Shown in pieces: positions 1-13,199 of a stretch of 64,000 nt of DNA (position 1 is its first letter; each line of letters begins with the position of its first letter). The position numbers and the translations under genes were made by a program. The notes beneath the pieces are model-generated. The model was given only the letters and a program-made list of their open reading frames with translations, was not told where the DNA came from and did not search any database. The stretch is from Strigamia acuminata (lineage: Eukaryota): positions 10,292,001 to 10,356,000 of the forward strand of contig OX442314.1 in the NCBI GenBank assembly GCA_949358305.1. The letters are read 5' to 3'.

Positions 1-587
1 AAAACGACTCGCTGAATATCGTGCAAGTAAAATAACCAAACCAAAACCCCAAATCAAAGTTAACAGAAAAGAACCCGAACAAAATAGCAGTGAACAAGTA
101 CGTATAAAAATTAAATGTCGTAACACCAAAAAATAGAAAAAAAATATCAATGTATTTAATTTTCCAATAGAATTCATCAGATAAAAGTGCGCCCATAGTG
201 AAAGAAGAGCCTAAAACGGACGAAACGGACATTTCGGCGGCCGTAAGCAAACAAACACTCGAACAAACACCAACTACAACATCCGATACGACAAATTTTT
301 CCGTTCTGGGTAAATATAAACGCGAAATCGACATTTTCGTCAACCTGCTCAAATTCGTGTTATGGCTCTTGCTCATGACCGTGTTTGTTGAAGTCGAATT
401 CGGCGCCGTGTTTCTCATCTGCTCCATTTTTTACATCATTTTTCGCAATTTCCGAAGCGGCCCTAAAAAAGAAGGCGAGCCGAGCGCTTATTCAGTTTTC
501 AATCCGAATTGCGAGGCCATCGACGGAACGTTAACCGCCGAACAGTTCGAGAGAGAACTCTTACGAGGTCCGAAATCGTTACAGTAA
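1..587 (+). CDS. SAYSD1: SAYSvFN domain-containing protein 1, 5'-truncated by the window edge; exons <1-97 and 171-587
   Basis: N-terminal KRLAEYRA, GT..AG intron 98-170 in phase 0, hydrophobic hairpin, and signature SAYSVFNPNCEAIDGTLTAEQFERE; TAA at 585-587. Confidence 0.93.
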
Positions 588-589
588 AA

Positions 590-856
590 ATGGCGACGAA
601 TACGGTTGTGGTAAAACTCCTTTTTTTCGCCAAAGCGCGCGAATTGGTTGGTAAAATCGAAGATTCAATCAAAGTCAATTGCCACATGAGCGGGGGAGAA
701 ACTATGAAATTAATTTCAGAGCTATATCCAAATTTATCTGTTGTTTTGAGCAATTGTATCCTGGCTCTTAACGAAGAATATGTTGCGAATGACGATCAAT
801 TGGAGCTGAAGAGTGGAGATGTGATTGCTATTATTCCTCCTTTGAGTGGAGGATAG
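590..856 (+). CDS. MOCS2A: Molybdopterin synthase sulfur carrier subunit (MoaD/ThiS-like), 88 aa, single exon
   Basis: ATG at 590; VKLLFFAKARELVG ... ILALNEEY ... GDVIAIIPPLSGG* with C-terminal Gly-Gly; AATAAA at 899-904. Confidence 0.93.
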   Translation: MATNTVVVKLLFFAKARELVGKIEDSIKVNCHMSGGETMKLISELYPNLSVVLSNCILALNEEYVANDDQLELKSGDVIAIIPPLSGG

Positions 857-953
857 GCTGATTTGGTTTTGTGTGTAAAATTGGATTTATTTTGTGGAAA
901 TAAAGTTGTATTCATTTATGTTTTTCTTTTTTTATTTAATTTAATTTATATTT

Positions 954-3900
954 TTAATTTGATTTTGGAGGAGGAGTTCGTGCAGATTCGACCATTTCAA
1001 CGAGGTCTTGGTAATGGTCGACGGTTGATTTGTCGAAGTTCAGTGCGTTTATCTGAAAGATTGGAAATAAATTTGAAGGTTTTAGACGATTTAGAGTTTA
1101 GACTCGGTAGGGGAACTACATATTGTGGGGGTTTTGGATAGGAAGGTAGATTTTCGGAGGAAATAAATAATTTTCCGGAAAAATGTTGACTTTTCAAGCA
1201 TTTTTAGGGATGAATGTTGATTTTTCACAAATTTTCCGAGGTAAACATTAATTTTTCATTAATTTTCCTGGAAGACTATCGATTTTTTATTAATTTTCCG
1301 GGACGAATATCGATTTTTCATTAATTTTCCGGGACGAATATCGATTTTTCATTAATTTTCCGGAAAGAATATTAATTTTTCATTAATTTTCCGGGAATAC
1401 TATCGATTTGTCGTTAAATTTCCGGGAAAACTATCAATTTTCCGTTAATTTTCAGAGAAAACTATCGTTTTTTTATGTAATTTTCCGAGTAAACTATCAT
1501 TTTTCATTAATTTTCCGGAAAAATTATCGATTTTTAATTAATTTTCCGGGAAAACTATCGATTTTTCGTTAATTTTTCGGCCTAAACGGTAATTTGACAA
1601 CTGTTTGGTGAAAATATTGATTTCTCTTAAATGTAACGGATAATCCTTTAACTTTTTTTTTACAAATCTTCCGAAAAACCAATGATTTTATTGGAAAATT
1701 AATGATTTTTCTGCATTTTTCCATTATGGTTACGCCACCACATTAACCAACTAAACTTACAATCGCCCCATACTCCTGGACATCGAAAATCAACTGCAGT
1801 CTAATTTTATCGTCATCACTCATCCCGATTATCGATCCAACAGCCGAACTACTCCCCTTTTCCCTCGCTTTTTTCAACCGACTCAAACTTTCCTCCATTT
1901 TCTTCACCGATGTCAGAACATTTGACGTCGCATTATAATACCTGAAACAAAAATCACCAATTTCATTCCTCTAAATTTTCAATTTAAAATAAAATCTCAT
2001 TTTACTGTTGCGTAACGTCAGCGAGAACTAACGACCCCCATTTTTCCTTCATTTCCGGGGATATAACTTGTTCCTGTTCTTTAAAAAACGACTCGAGTGG
2101 CGACAAAATGCTGCGCACGTAAGATGACGGTTTACTCGGAGCCTAAACGCGCAGAAGATTATTAAAGTCTACAAAATATCGCCATAAAAATTCCGAATTC
2201 GAAATTACATCTTTATTTGTCCGCCTGTAGAGTCTGGGGATATCGCTGACTAGTTTCAAATGGTTTCCACATTGAAGTGAAATATCTTTCGTCACATATC
2301 CTGTTAAATAAGGAACTTGTTCCGTCAAAGTATCTTGAAACTCTCCCATACTTTCTGTAAAAAATAAGAAATACACAAGAATAAATGAAAATTAACATCT
2401 AAACAGTGGCGCATTATCCTACACCTGGCAACACGAGACATTTATGCATGTTCTTGCATGAATGAATTTAATTTTAGCCTAAAATATGCATTTTGGATAT
2501 ACAAATGTGTTTGGATATTCATAAATGCATTTTCAGCTTAACAAAAGTATTATTTTGTCTAAAAAATCTAATCTGTGTAAGAAAATGCATCTTTTGGGTC
2601 GGAAAATGTGTTTTTCATGTGAAAACACACCTTTTTGAGTCTAAAAATCTTTTTTTCGAATTGAAAACTCATTTTTTGGGTCTAAAAATATATTTAATGA
2701 TTTAAAAACACATTTGTTTTGTCTCAAAATCTATTTTTTAGTCTAAAATTGTAGTTTTTTAGTCTAAAATTGTAGTTTTTTGGACTAAAATTTTAGTTTT
2801 TTGGACTAAAATATCAGTTTTTTGTATTAATATGCGTGTTTAAAGCTATTGCAGCAACAGCCTCTCCATGCTACTCTCTGGGGCCCCAAAATACCACAAT
2901 GCGCCACTGCAATATAAAATGTACCCGTTAAAACATGAACATCGCTGAAACCCAAACTTCGTAGTTGAGGAAGAACCGCGTCATCGCAGAAAGTGGACAA
3001 CTAAATAAAACCGCAGCATTCTAAACCCGTTTCCAATAAATTTAAACGAGCAATTCATACTTTCGGGCCTAAAACTCGGACATCGGAAATCAATAACACC
3101 ACCACCGACACCGACACCGGCACAGATTTCGCAGCATCAGAATCCGTCACTGCATTTTCATTCCCCGAATTTTCATCAGAGTCCGACTCGACGCGCTGCA
3201 ACTGTACAAAATAACTATTTACCTTTAGACAAAACCAGAAAATTAACCAAATTTCAACTTTCAACACTCTTACCTCCGTTTTTACAACATTTCCTATCCA
3301 ATTAACATAGCGAGACACCAATTGCAAACTCAACTTCCAAAACCGATGACACAACTGATATAAATAAATCTCCTGCGACCAACAAACATTCAAACATTGC
3401 CACAACGTGTGCGTTGAATTTAAATTAAAATCGCTTTTATTATCTAAAAATATAAGAAAAATATAGAAAACTTAGAAAACCAAAATTGTAAAACTGTCAT
3501 GGCGGCCACTTACTTCCGGTATATGGATCCCAAGGAGTAGCTAAAGCGCTTTCCAATTTGACGGCGATGTTTTGGAACCTGGAGAAGACAAATTTCCATT
3601 TTATTTGTTAAATAACTTTTAAATGAAATATTCTCAACCTGATTTGAAAATAAATGGGTAAATTCCATTTGTTCATGAAATTGATGTAACTCTGATGCTC
3701 TCGTAACCGTTTGACGCTCGCTTGCGAGGCGCAGTGGATTTCGAATTTCTCTAAAAATTGCATCGTAGTTGTAAACCTCTGGAAATAAAACATGAAATTA
3801 GTCGACAAGAATATCCATAGAATCGTTTTTTAAATGTTAAATTACTTGGTGGAATTTGTCGGGGTTTGCAGGAGCGAATAAACAACTCAAGCGCACTTCG

Positions 3901-5227
3901 GTCGATTGCGCAAATTCGGGCCAGACGGCATTCACGAGGAAATCGTAGCCCTGAATGTAATCCACGGTGCTAGAAAACACTTTAAATTAATTATTATTTA
4001 ATTATTTAATTCGTTCCGGGTTACTTTTGGTTTCCCATCGTCGCTTCTTTCAATAATTCACAATATTTGGGAATAAATTCCAAAATTTGGTCGTAAATTG
4101 CTCGTAAACTCGTCGAATTCATTTTCTCCTCCGAGATTATCTATAAAATAAAAGTTTTAATTGAATTATTTTGTTTGATTAATTTTCCTACTTCGTCTAT
4201 GAAAGGTTTAACGACATGTTTCCTGAATAAATTCTCAACTTCCTTCATTCTGTCGATTGTGGCGTGAATTCGAAGACACTGTCTGAGTTTTTCGATGTTT
4301 TTCTCTTTGATTCCGTCTAAAAACATCGTCTCTAAGCTGCTTTGAAGAACTTGGGTTATGGAAACAATTCTCGGTTTGATTTCGTCCACAAACGCGTGTC
4401 CTTTGCTCTTCGTCACGTGGAAATGAAGTTGGTTGAATTCGACCGCGACTCTTTCCATTAAACTCCCATCGATTTCCCTGAAATAACCAACAAACGTTGC
4501 GCTAACAATTTCAAGTTATCGTTTATATTTATTAAATTTTTCACTTTGGTGCAGAAATGTCCGGATCGTTGTTTTCGATCCCTAATAACTCCTCGATTTT
4601 ACTCACGCAAAACGAGATTTGGACGAGATGTTGTAAACTAACCTAGAAAATAGAAATTTAAATTTAAATTAAAACAAAAAGCAAACAAAAAATTAAACAA
4701 AATTCACTTTTTTATCACGAATTAATTTTTTCCTTTCCAATTTCTCATTTGCCTTGTTTACAATTTCGTCCATATGATATTTAACGGTCTAATAAATAGA
4801 TAGATAAATACATAAATAAATAAGTAAATGTTATTTTCGTTATTTTTGAGTGTACCAATATTTCTTCTTTGAGCTGTCCAATCGGCAGGATTAAATTATT
4901 AATCATTTTCTCTAAACCGATCAAGTTCGTCGATAAATTAACAAAATCGGCGTAATCCTTGTTAATTAATTCGATCATGGCGTTTTTCAAAACGATCAAG
5001 TATTTGTTTAAATCCTCTCGAACTGTTTCCAGCGGTACACTTTTACGACAGTCGTTGACGAATTGATAAACGTTGAAATTATCCTGAAAATAAAAGGAAA
5101 AAAAAATCATCACAAAATCCAAATTAAATCGATATTAGCGAAACATTACCTTTAGAAAATCATTTTTATTAAAACAAAGATTCGCTGGGCCGTTAGGCAA
5201 CGGAATTTCGTCGGTAATTTCACTCAT
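954..5227 (-). CDS. COG2: Conserved oligomeric Golgi complex subunit 2, multi-exon
   Basis: Exons encode LCFNKNDF, LKNAMIELINKDYADFVNLSTNL, ERVAVEFNQL, KWNLPIYFQIR, IPRLYRRTNK, DKIRLQL; last exon ends ...RTPPPKSN* at 954. Confidence 0.92.
1165..1580. repeat. Degenerate ~31-bp tandem repeat in last COG2 intron
   Basis: Recurrent TTAATTTTCCGGGA..ATCGATTTTTCA units. Confidence 0.75.
2404..2909. mobile_element. Non-autonomous TIR element (MITE, hAT-like termini) in a COG2 intron
   Basis: 12-bp TIR CAGTGGCGCATT (2404) / AATGCGCCACTG (2909); flanks CATCTAAA vs CAATATAA match only partly as a TSD. Confidence 0.55.
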
Positions 5228-5547
5228 TTTAATTAATTAATTCCACACGAAACGAAAATCACGAAATAACATCGCCGTCCAAGTTATAAACACACGGCCG
5301 CCATCTTTGCTGTCGTGGCCACCATTAATATTTCTAAGTCGCTCTAAAAATAAAATTAAACGTATTAATTTTTAGAAATTATTAAACAAAAATATTAATT
5401 CATAAAAATTAATAAGAATTAAAATTTTCTTTTTAAAAAATAATATCTAACGAGAGAGACAATCTGTCGTGAACATGGGTCTCGGGCTAGACATTTGCTC
5501 GCACTCTTTTGTTATGAAGCCGCCATGAATTTAAGTAGCCGCTTCTC

Positions 5548-5561
5548 GTTTCCTTGGCAAC
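5548..5561. promoter_or_regulatory. RFX X-box upstream of IFT43 in the divergent COG2/IFT43 promoter
   Basis: GTTTCCTTGGCAAC, 14-bp X-box form, ~120 bp upstream of a ciliary IFT gene. Confidence 0.7.
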
Positions 5562-5679
5562 ATAAACATGTAAGTGTATTTCCCAGCGGACTGGACAACG
5601 GTCAATAAGTTTATCGATTATTAAAGTGCCAACCATGGTATTTTCTAATCGCGGATAAAAACATTCATTACGATTCATT

Positions 5680-6839
5680 ATGGATGACGAATTTGATTTT
5701 GACTTATCTCCAATTCATAAACAGACGAACCCGAAGAAAGGAAAGAAAACAACTCTCTTTCAAGCGGTTCAACGAACCAATGACGACGACGACATTGGAA
5801 ATTCAGACGACCTTCTCCTCAGTCCAACCGCCAGTCCGGACCGAGAAGTCAAAGTAAAAAAAAAATTAAATTGAATTTGAAAAAAATAATTAATTAATTT
5901 TTGTTGTTGTTTTTAGGGAATACCACCACCAAAACCTCGAAGACGGACAGGTGGTTGGGGAGATGAAATACCCAAAAGTGGCAAAAGGTTGAAGAATTGA
6001 ATTAAAATTATGAAAATATAAAAATTTTAATGAATTTTGATGTTTTTTTGTAGACGGGGATCTGTTTTTGAGCTGGAAGAGTGAGTTTTCGTGTCAAATC
6101 AATGGAAATAATGGTTAAAAATGGCTAAAAACTGTTTAATTTTGTAGCGAACGACTCAAACCTGTTGAGTACGACTCCGATAACGGTGAAAATAATTTTT
6201 ATTTTTTTTTAAATAAAAATCAAATTAATTCGATTCAATTGGTCTAGATATGCCGTTAATTCCCGACCTGGATGACGTGCAAGACGAAGATTTGTCGCAA
6301 CAAGTAGCTGAAGCGCCACAGTAACTTAAAAATACAATTAAAATGAAATAAAATTAAAAATTTTAAATTTATTTCCATTTTTTCAAGAGTTATGATGAAC
6401 CGAGTTGCGACCTACAAGGAACTGGACAACGATCTATTGAAACACGCAGCTTTTGCAACTTTTGTAAATTCATTTTTATTAAAAAAAAAAAAAAATTACA
6501 AAAAACTTAAAATTAACATTATAACATAAAAATTAATATTTTTTTTTTTTAAATTTTTTAATATATTTTTTTTTTTAAGGACGACATCGATCTACGAATC
6601 CTAATGAAAAATCTATCACCAGAGGCGGAAATAAACGAAGTAATTTCAAGAAATTCAAGAAAAATGGCCACAAAAAAATCAAAATTTCGATAAAATTCAC
6701 TCAAAAATGTCAATTTTAGCTGGACGAGCCATGGATTTGGGACGTTCTATACACGGAAGTCTCGTCCGAAATCAACTCCGAAAGGGAAATGGAAGAAAAA
6801 ACGCTCGAGGAACCTCCAAATCAAACGACATCGGAATAA
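5680..6839 (+). CDS. IFT43: Intraflagellar transport protein 43 (IFT-A), multi-exon
   Basis: Exons encode PPPKPRRRTGGWGDE, IPDLDDVQDEDLSQQVAEAP, NRVATYKELDNDL, DDIDL, DEPWIWDVLYTEVSSE; TAA at 6837-6839. Confidence 0.88.
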
Positions 6840-6946
6840 TCTCCGTATCGCTTCTCGAACAACTTGCCGATCGGGTCGGGAAAACTCGGCACCTGAAAAT
6901 CCTTTAAAACGACCTATTTAACTGTAAATTACGTGCTAAATTCTAT

Positions 6947-8566
6947 TTATTTTGCTATAAATACCTTCTCGTGAATGCCGTAATCGCGTTGAGCACTTTT
7001 AACCACAACCGCATCACGATCCTTATGCATTGTACTTAGAAATATACTGTAATTCTCGCCAGGACAGGGCTTGGAATCCCTGATATTGAACCTGAATTGA
7101 TAATGTAACAATTTATACGGACGACAAACCACCAAACTCGTGTAATTTTTCTGTAAAAACGAAATGTTTTTTCTTTCTGTGGCTGCGGTAACAAAACTTC
7201 TGTTTTTTTTCTGAGTTTGTTTACTATTTTTATGATTTTTATCGCCATCAGATGGCGCCGAGCATCAACTTTTAAGCCTACTTACGCTTTTTCGTGTAAA
7301 TAAAGTCCTTTTTCGTGCATTTTTTCCTGTTCTATGAAAACTCTCGCTCCTTCCGCATCGTCTTCCATTCGTAGAGGGATTTTAGGTCGGGTTTTAATCG
7401 TGTAGATTTGTTGCGCGGTTTTGAAAGGTCCCTAGGAAATGGAAATGTAGAAATTAAATATGAATAAATTTGAATTTTCCGCCATTTTGTATCTTACTTG
7501 GGGTTTGATTGGGTGGACGGTCGGGAGCATTTTGGTGACGAGTGGAAACCGTTTGGTTCTGTCGATACGTTCGCCTTTGACAGCGGGTTTCATTCGTTTG
7601 ATCCAGGATTCGACTTTGGCATAATCGCTGAATAATAAAAAATTAAATTAAATTTTAATGATTTTAAAAAATAAATAAATAAATAAAATGAACTACATAC
7701 GGGTGTTTTTCTTGTTGGTAAATACCCGGCTGTGCATCGGTGCTCAGCAAGTAGTGTTTCTTTTTGTTCTCGAATTTGAGTATTTTCAAGAGTCTTTGAT
7801 TTTCTAAGCATTTTGGATTCTGATCACTCGCCCAATAGTCCTCTACTTGTTTCCTTAAAAGCGTAAAATTAAATTAATAAAATTAAAAGAGAGGTTTTAT
7901 TTTATTTTATTTTTTTCCACCTCAATGCTTCGTTTTGCTGTCCGATTATCACGAAGTAATTCTTCCACACGTAAAAATCGAAAATATGACTGCGAACAAA
8001 CCATCCGCGAAACACTTTCTGAAGCTATAAAATAAATAATAGATTATAAAATAATGAAATATTAATTATTAAATGTAATTCCAAATTTTTACCAGGGTCG
8101 CTTTCTTATTGTAGTACATGAATTCCGATTGCCGAACTATTACCTAGAAATACAACAGCATAAGCGCCATTTTTTGAAATAAAAATCATTTTCTGTAATT
8201 TACTCTGAGTCGCGATAAATATGCTTTCCGGCCTAGTACACCTCTCCAAACCTTCTGAATAATAATTATCTGCCTATTAAGTATTCTATAAACAATGTTT
8301 AAATGTTAATTAAAACTGGAATATTCGAAAAAGTGTGAAAATACCTCAAATAACTACGAAGTCGAGCTCCGCGAAACCAACTTTGTATTTTAACGGCCGC
8401 TTTGAATTCTAATTGGCGCCATTTTTCGGCTATTCTGCAAATAAAAATACGTTTAGTTATGTATAAAATCAATTAAAATGTATTATTTTCGTTACAACTG
8501 CCGTTCGTGGATCCAATATTTGATATTTTTCGACTCCCTCTCCAATCGAATATACCGTTGAGCCAT
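6947..8566 (-). CDS. SPATA17: Spermatogenesis-associated protein 17-like IQ-motif protein, multi-exon
   Basis: Three IQ motifs (AAVKIQSWFRG, IIIQKVWRGVLGRK, LQKVFRGWFVR) followed by HLLSTDAQPGIY, in the SPATA17 order; start and last exon less certain. Confidence 0.78.
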
Positions 8567-8953
8567 AGTAATCTGCATCGAGATAATTGTAATGTGCAAA
8601 CAATACCAAAAAAATTTAAAAAAATAAAAATAAATAATAAAAACAATAATAATCAACAGCAATGATTTTTTCAATTGTTAGTAAAAAAAAAATAATAATA
8701 ATAATAAAAAAAAACCTTTTCAATATTTTCGACTTTTTTAACGAAATTTTCAACTTTTTTCATCAGATTTGAACATGTAAACACAAATTTTATTTTTAAT
8801 ACTTCAATATAGTTAACAATAGATGTGAGGCAGGGTTTAAAGGTCATTTCTTCAAGTACCCTGCCCCTTTTTTCAGGGGGTCGAATTGAATTCACCCATC
8901 AAAACAGCATTTGATGCTCCAATGATTTGTCACCTTTTTGTTTGTTCCCGAAA

Positions 8954-10380
8954 ATGAACGAGCACGATCGACTCAAATTCCCAATTATTTACACCGATGT
9001 GAATTTGCAGGCTGAAATGGAGTGTTTATTGGGGACTGGTAAAATGCATTGATTTAAAAAAAAAATAGTGTAAAAGTTTATTTTATTTTATAAATACTAC
9101 TTATAATAATTATTTCAGGTTATAAGGCGGAAAAAGAATCATCGGTTTGGTCAAATCAGAGTGCGGATATGTGGGCAAATCAGTCAGTGGCACCAATACA
9201 GTTTGATCGAGAAGTTTGGTTCAGAAAATCACCAGTTTTTGGAAAACGAGAATCACCGCAAAATAAATCGCCAGTTTTTGGAAAACAAGAATCACCGCAA
9301 AAAGAATTTCCAGTTTTTGGAAGACGATTATCACCGCAAAAAGAATTTCCAGTTTCTGGAAGACGCGAATCACTGCAAAATAAATCAGAAATTATATTCA
9401 CGGAGCATCAAATGAGGTAAATCAACAACAACACAACAGCCGAGTTTGTATTCGGGTCGATTTTCCCGTAAACTGACACTGAACTCAATTAAAACTTGTA
9501 GATTTAATTTTGGAAATTGAAAAAGTCCAAACTGGAACGTGAAATTTCGGGGTAAAATTTGTTGCAAAATTAGAAATTTTTTTTTTCTTTTTCTTTTTTT
9601 TTTTGTGAAATTAGAAAAATGTTTTTGCGAAATGAAAAAAAAACATTTTTACGAAATATGCACATTTTTAAAAGCGAATTTTGACATTATTTTCTGCAAA
9701 CTTTTAAATTTTTTTTGGAACATCATGTTCGGCTGGGGGGTTGTTTCAAAAGATTGGACGTGACGCTTTCCCGCAAAGCACGTGTTGTCTGCTGTTCCTC
9801 GGCGGCGGCAACAACAGTTTAAAGGATTAGTCCCGCAGGGGACGCTCGCCTGTCGCAACGAGTCAAAAGAAGTTCCATTCCGACCCGGATTAGCGGTGCG
9901 TTTGTTACGCTCCTTTGCAACCGAAAAAACCATTTTTCTCGAAATGTTAAAAACAAATGCATTTTGTGTCAAACTCGGCCTAAAAAGTCAATTTTTGCAT
10001 TTAAAAACCCTAAAAACTTAATTTTTTTTGCTGAAAAATCATCAAATAGCAAAACTAATTTCTATTTCTATTTTTATTTTCGTTTCAGTTCAACTTTTGA
10101 AACAATGGTGACAAAGTTTTGCGTTTTGTGCAAGAAGAATGGCGAACCAACAGTGAAATACATGAGTCACTGTCTGAAGGACAGCTTTAACAAAGTTACG
10201 TGCCCAGTGCTTTTTGCACTCACCTGCAAACATTGTGGTGCCAGTGGATCCAACAGCCACACCGAGGCGTACTGTCCAAAAATTCGTCGGGCCTACATTG
10301 AAAATGCATACGACAGGCCGCCGGTCGTTGGAGTCATGTTAAAGCAAACGAAGCGCAATAGTACCGGATGTCGCCGCTAA
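8954..10380 (+). CDS. nanos: Nanos-family CCHC-CCHC zinc-finger protein; exons 8954-9038, 9119-9416, 10089-10380
   Basis: Exact nanos spacing C-x2-C-x12-H-x10-C-x7-C-x2-C-x7-H-x4-C in the last exon; GT-AG introns join the three exons in frame. Confidence 0.88.
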
Positions 10381-10935
10381 TATATTTTGTGTATTTTCTA
10401 TTTTCTATTTTTTTTCTGGCATGTTTTTTATTGAGAATAAAGTGTATGAATTGAGTTTTCGAAATTAAACTTCTGGAATAAGGTATGAACAGATCTAAAA
10501 TGATTAATTTCAAAACAAATAAAATAAAATAAACGAGAATATCACAAAAAAATTTAATATTTCTCACCAAAACTAAAAAAAATTCTCTAAATATTTAATG
10601 ACCCAATTGCATTAAGTCTCTATCCGAAATTATAACTTATTTTTATGCTAATAATTTTTTATTAATCTCGAAAGTACTCGTAAATTGCATCGCACCGTAA
10701 ACATCTCTAAAGCCCTGCTAAAACATCCAGGATCCGCCACTGGTCCGCAATATACATTATACGCACAACTGCGATACTATCGTAGGCCTAATCCTCGGCC
10801 TAATCGGCCCTGAATCTACTATAACAAATGTGGCTATGATTCGCTTCGAAAAACGTCTACGAAAAAACCAAAATTAACACCAATCAATAATAAAAACACC
10901 AATTTCCTTCCCTTAATTGAATAACAACACAAACC

Positions 10936-11153
10936 GAACAACTCCATAGCAACACTTGGTAAATTGTCATCAAAAGAAAAGCGACTTTGGCTTTGATTGC
11001 GCGGAATTGCAATTGAACGAGCAGGAAATGGATGCACAGTACGCACAACGCTCAATGGAGTTGCTCGATGGGGATGTGTTGTTTCGGGTGGCATTTTTCG
11101 TGCTGTTTACTCACCCAGGACAACTCGGAGGTGTTTTAGACAAGTTGCCGTGT
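10936..11153 (+). repeat. Copy of a dispersed repeat also at ~13757-14142
   Basis: Shared TTGGTAAATTGTCATCAAAAGAAAAGCGACTTTGGCTTTGATTGCGCGG and CAGTACGCACAACGCTCAATGGAGTTGC blocks. Confidence 0.85.
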
Positions 11154-13199
11154 CCTTTTTGCAGTCTAGGATCTTCTGCGTCGACTTTTTGATGTCTGCA
11201 TGCGGCTTCTTGCTAAACATGACTACCTTGATTAGAACTAACACCCTTTTTTATATGTCTTAAAACCTTTATTTAATTTACTCAAAAATAAAACTACAAA
11301 CGCTTAAGCGATACCACAATGGACGACTTTGACTGTCCCCGCCACCTCTTCTTGGAATCGCTGTTTAAAATAAGAAAATAATGAGAAAATTGCACAAAAA
11401 ATAAAAATTAAAACACTTTTATTTACTCGTCGACGAACTCTTCGTTCGGATCGATACTCGGTTTTAAACTGAGTAACGACAAGTCGGCCGTGGCAGTTAA
11501 ATGAGTGTACGGACGGAATTGAATTTGTTTGGATGAATCATCGCCGTTTGAAAAGCGACCAAAAACCAACCATCAAAAACTACCAAAAACTACCAAAAAG
11601 CTCCAAAAGGTGCATCAAATAATATTCTTGCCAAATAAATACTCAATCGCCACACACCTGAAGAAATACAGAAGAAAATACAATTCGAACTAGGCCTATA
11701 GTAGGCCTAAGATGGCGCCAAACAATATCAAAAGAAAAAAAATGGATCATTTAGAAATATGAATTCAAACTTGCTGAGAAATTTGCAGAAATGTAAATCC
11801 CATGCTTATGAAACCAACCAACCTTTTTGAAATCAAACCCGAGTAAAATTCCGTGAAAAACGAACACAGCATGTCGAACAGCAAAATCTTGCTGTTCATC
11901 TCGCCTTGTGCTGAGCGAGACGAAATTACGTGACAGATTATTGTTAAGCGCTGCCCATGCGCAGAAAAGAAAACAATCCGACGACTACGGAGACTTGTTG
12001 GGGCCATCGTGTCTTTTTCTTGCATCATGGAGACTTCACTTTCTACAACTCCTGTTCTGCGTCTTAAGAAACCATCCATCATTTCACGGCTTATTTTTCA
12101 ATTGTTGCAATTTTTTCCGACTAATTTACCACATTTGTTCACATTTTACTGTCGGAGTTTTGGTGTTCGCTCGTGATAGCTGGTTGCCGTGACCTCGTGG
12201 ACTATGGGGTAACAATTAAATGCGGCGCGCTTGTGATCGCGTGTTAGTGTCGAGTGAGCCAAGCAAAAGACAAAATGATTTTTCCAAAGCTCGGAAAACT
12301 TTTTAAAATTATTATTTTATGAATTGTATTAAATTACACAGACTATATCTGCGGATGCCTCGCTGCGTTTTTGCGAGTTGTCATGTTTTAATTAGGCTAA
12401 TAGTGTATGTTAAAAACGTAAAAAAAATATACAAAAAATTGATTTTAAAGCTATATTATTTTATTATATTAGCCCAGGTAAACACGTTTAGAGGAGTTGG
12501 GAAAACCTGGCAATTTTACAGTTGGAACAAACTACTCGAATCCGGCGCCACAGAAATTTCGTGGTGGCAGTGGGAAATTTTGGCAGGAATTTTCGCAATT
12601 ATCATTGTTTTTATTATCGATTAGAAACCACATCTCACAAAAATGAGTTACAAGTTACAAAATGAGTTATAAGCCCCGGCGCAGCACAGGTGATTTTGCA
12701 GCTTTAATTTGATTATTTTTATAGTAAAAGTCAGGATCACTACTCTCCCCGCTACATTTTCATGTTCGTATTATTCATCATTGCAATAACTTGTCTTTAT
12801 GCGTTTGGCGATATCGATGGGAAATGCCATCTTTAAAGCCGGTGCAGGACATTTAATGTTCGTGGGACAAGAGATTAAGCCGAGGAACATACATCTCGAT
12901 CACTCGCCGTCGGAGGAGCTCATCGCAGATTTCTTGATGAAAGCGGTACCAGCAACAAAGTTGGAGTCGGGACGAGAGTAAAGTCAGGCATTAGACCGTG
13001 ACACAATCCAGAGTGTTATAGCAAGGAACCTTGCAAGAAAGCACTGTTGTGATTCCAAATATAGCACAAGCGTTAAGCCTTAATTTGGACAAACTACACC
13101 GTAGAGTTAACTCTTTTTTTTTTACAATGTGTGTCTATTGGTTTATCCGCTGGAATTCTATGTTTATAGTTAGTATCAATTCAAGTAAACCTAAGAAAT

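Noticed and set aside
509..589. N-terminal extension of MOCS2A or SAYSD1-MOCS2A frameshift fusion
   Set aside because: The ORF-track start is TTG, homology begins at ATG 590, and no slippery heptamer is visible in the overlap
11285..12082. Possible small minus-strand spliced gene
   Set aside because: Splice-like sites exist, but I could not build a consistent frame or recognise a domain
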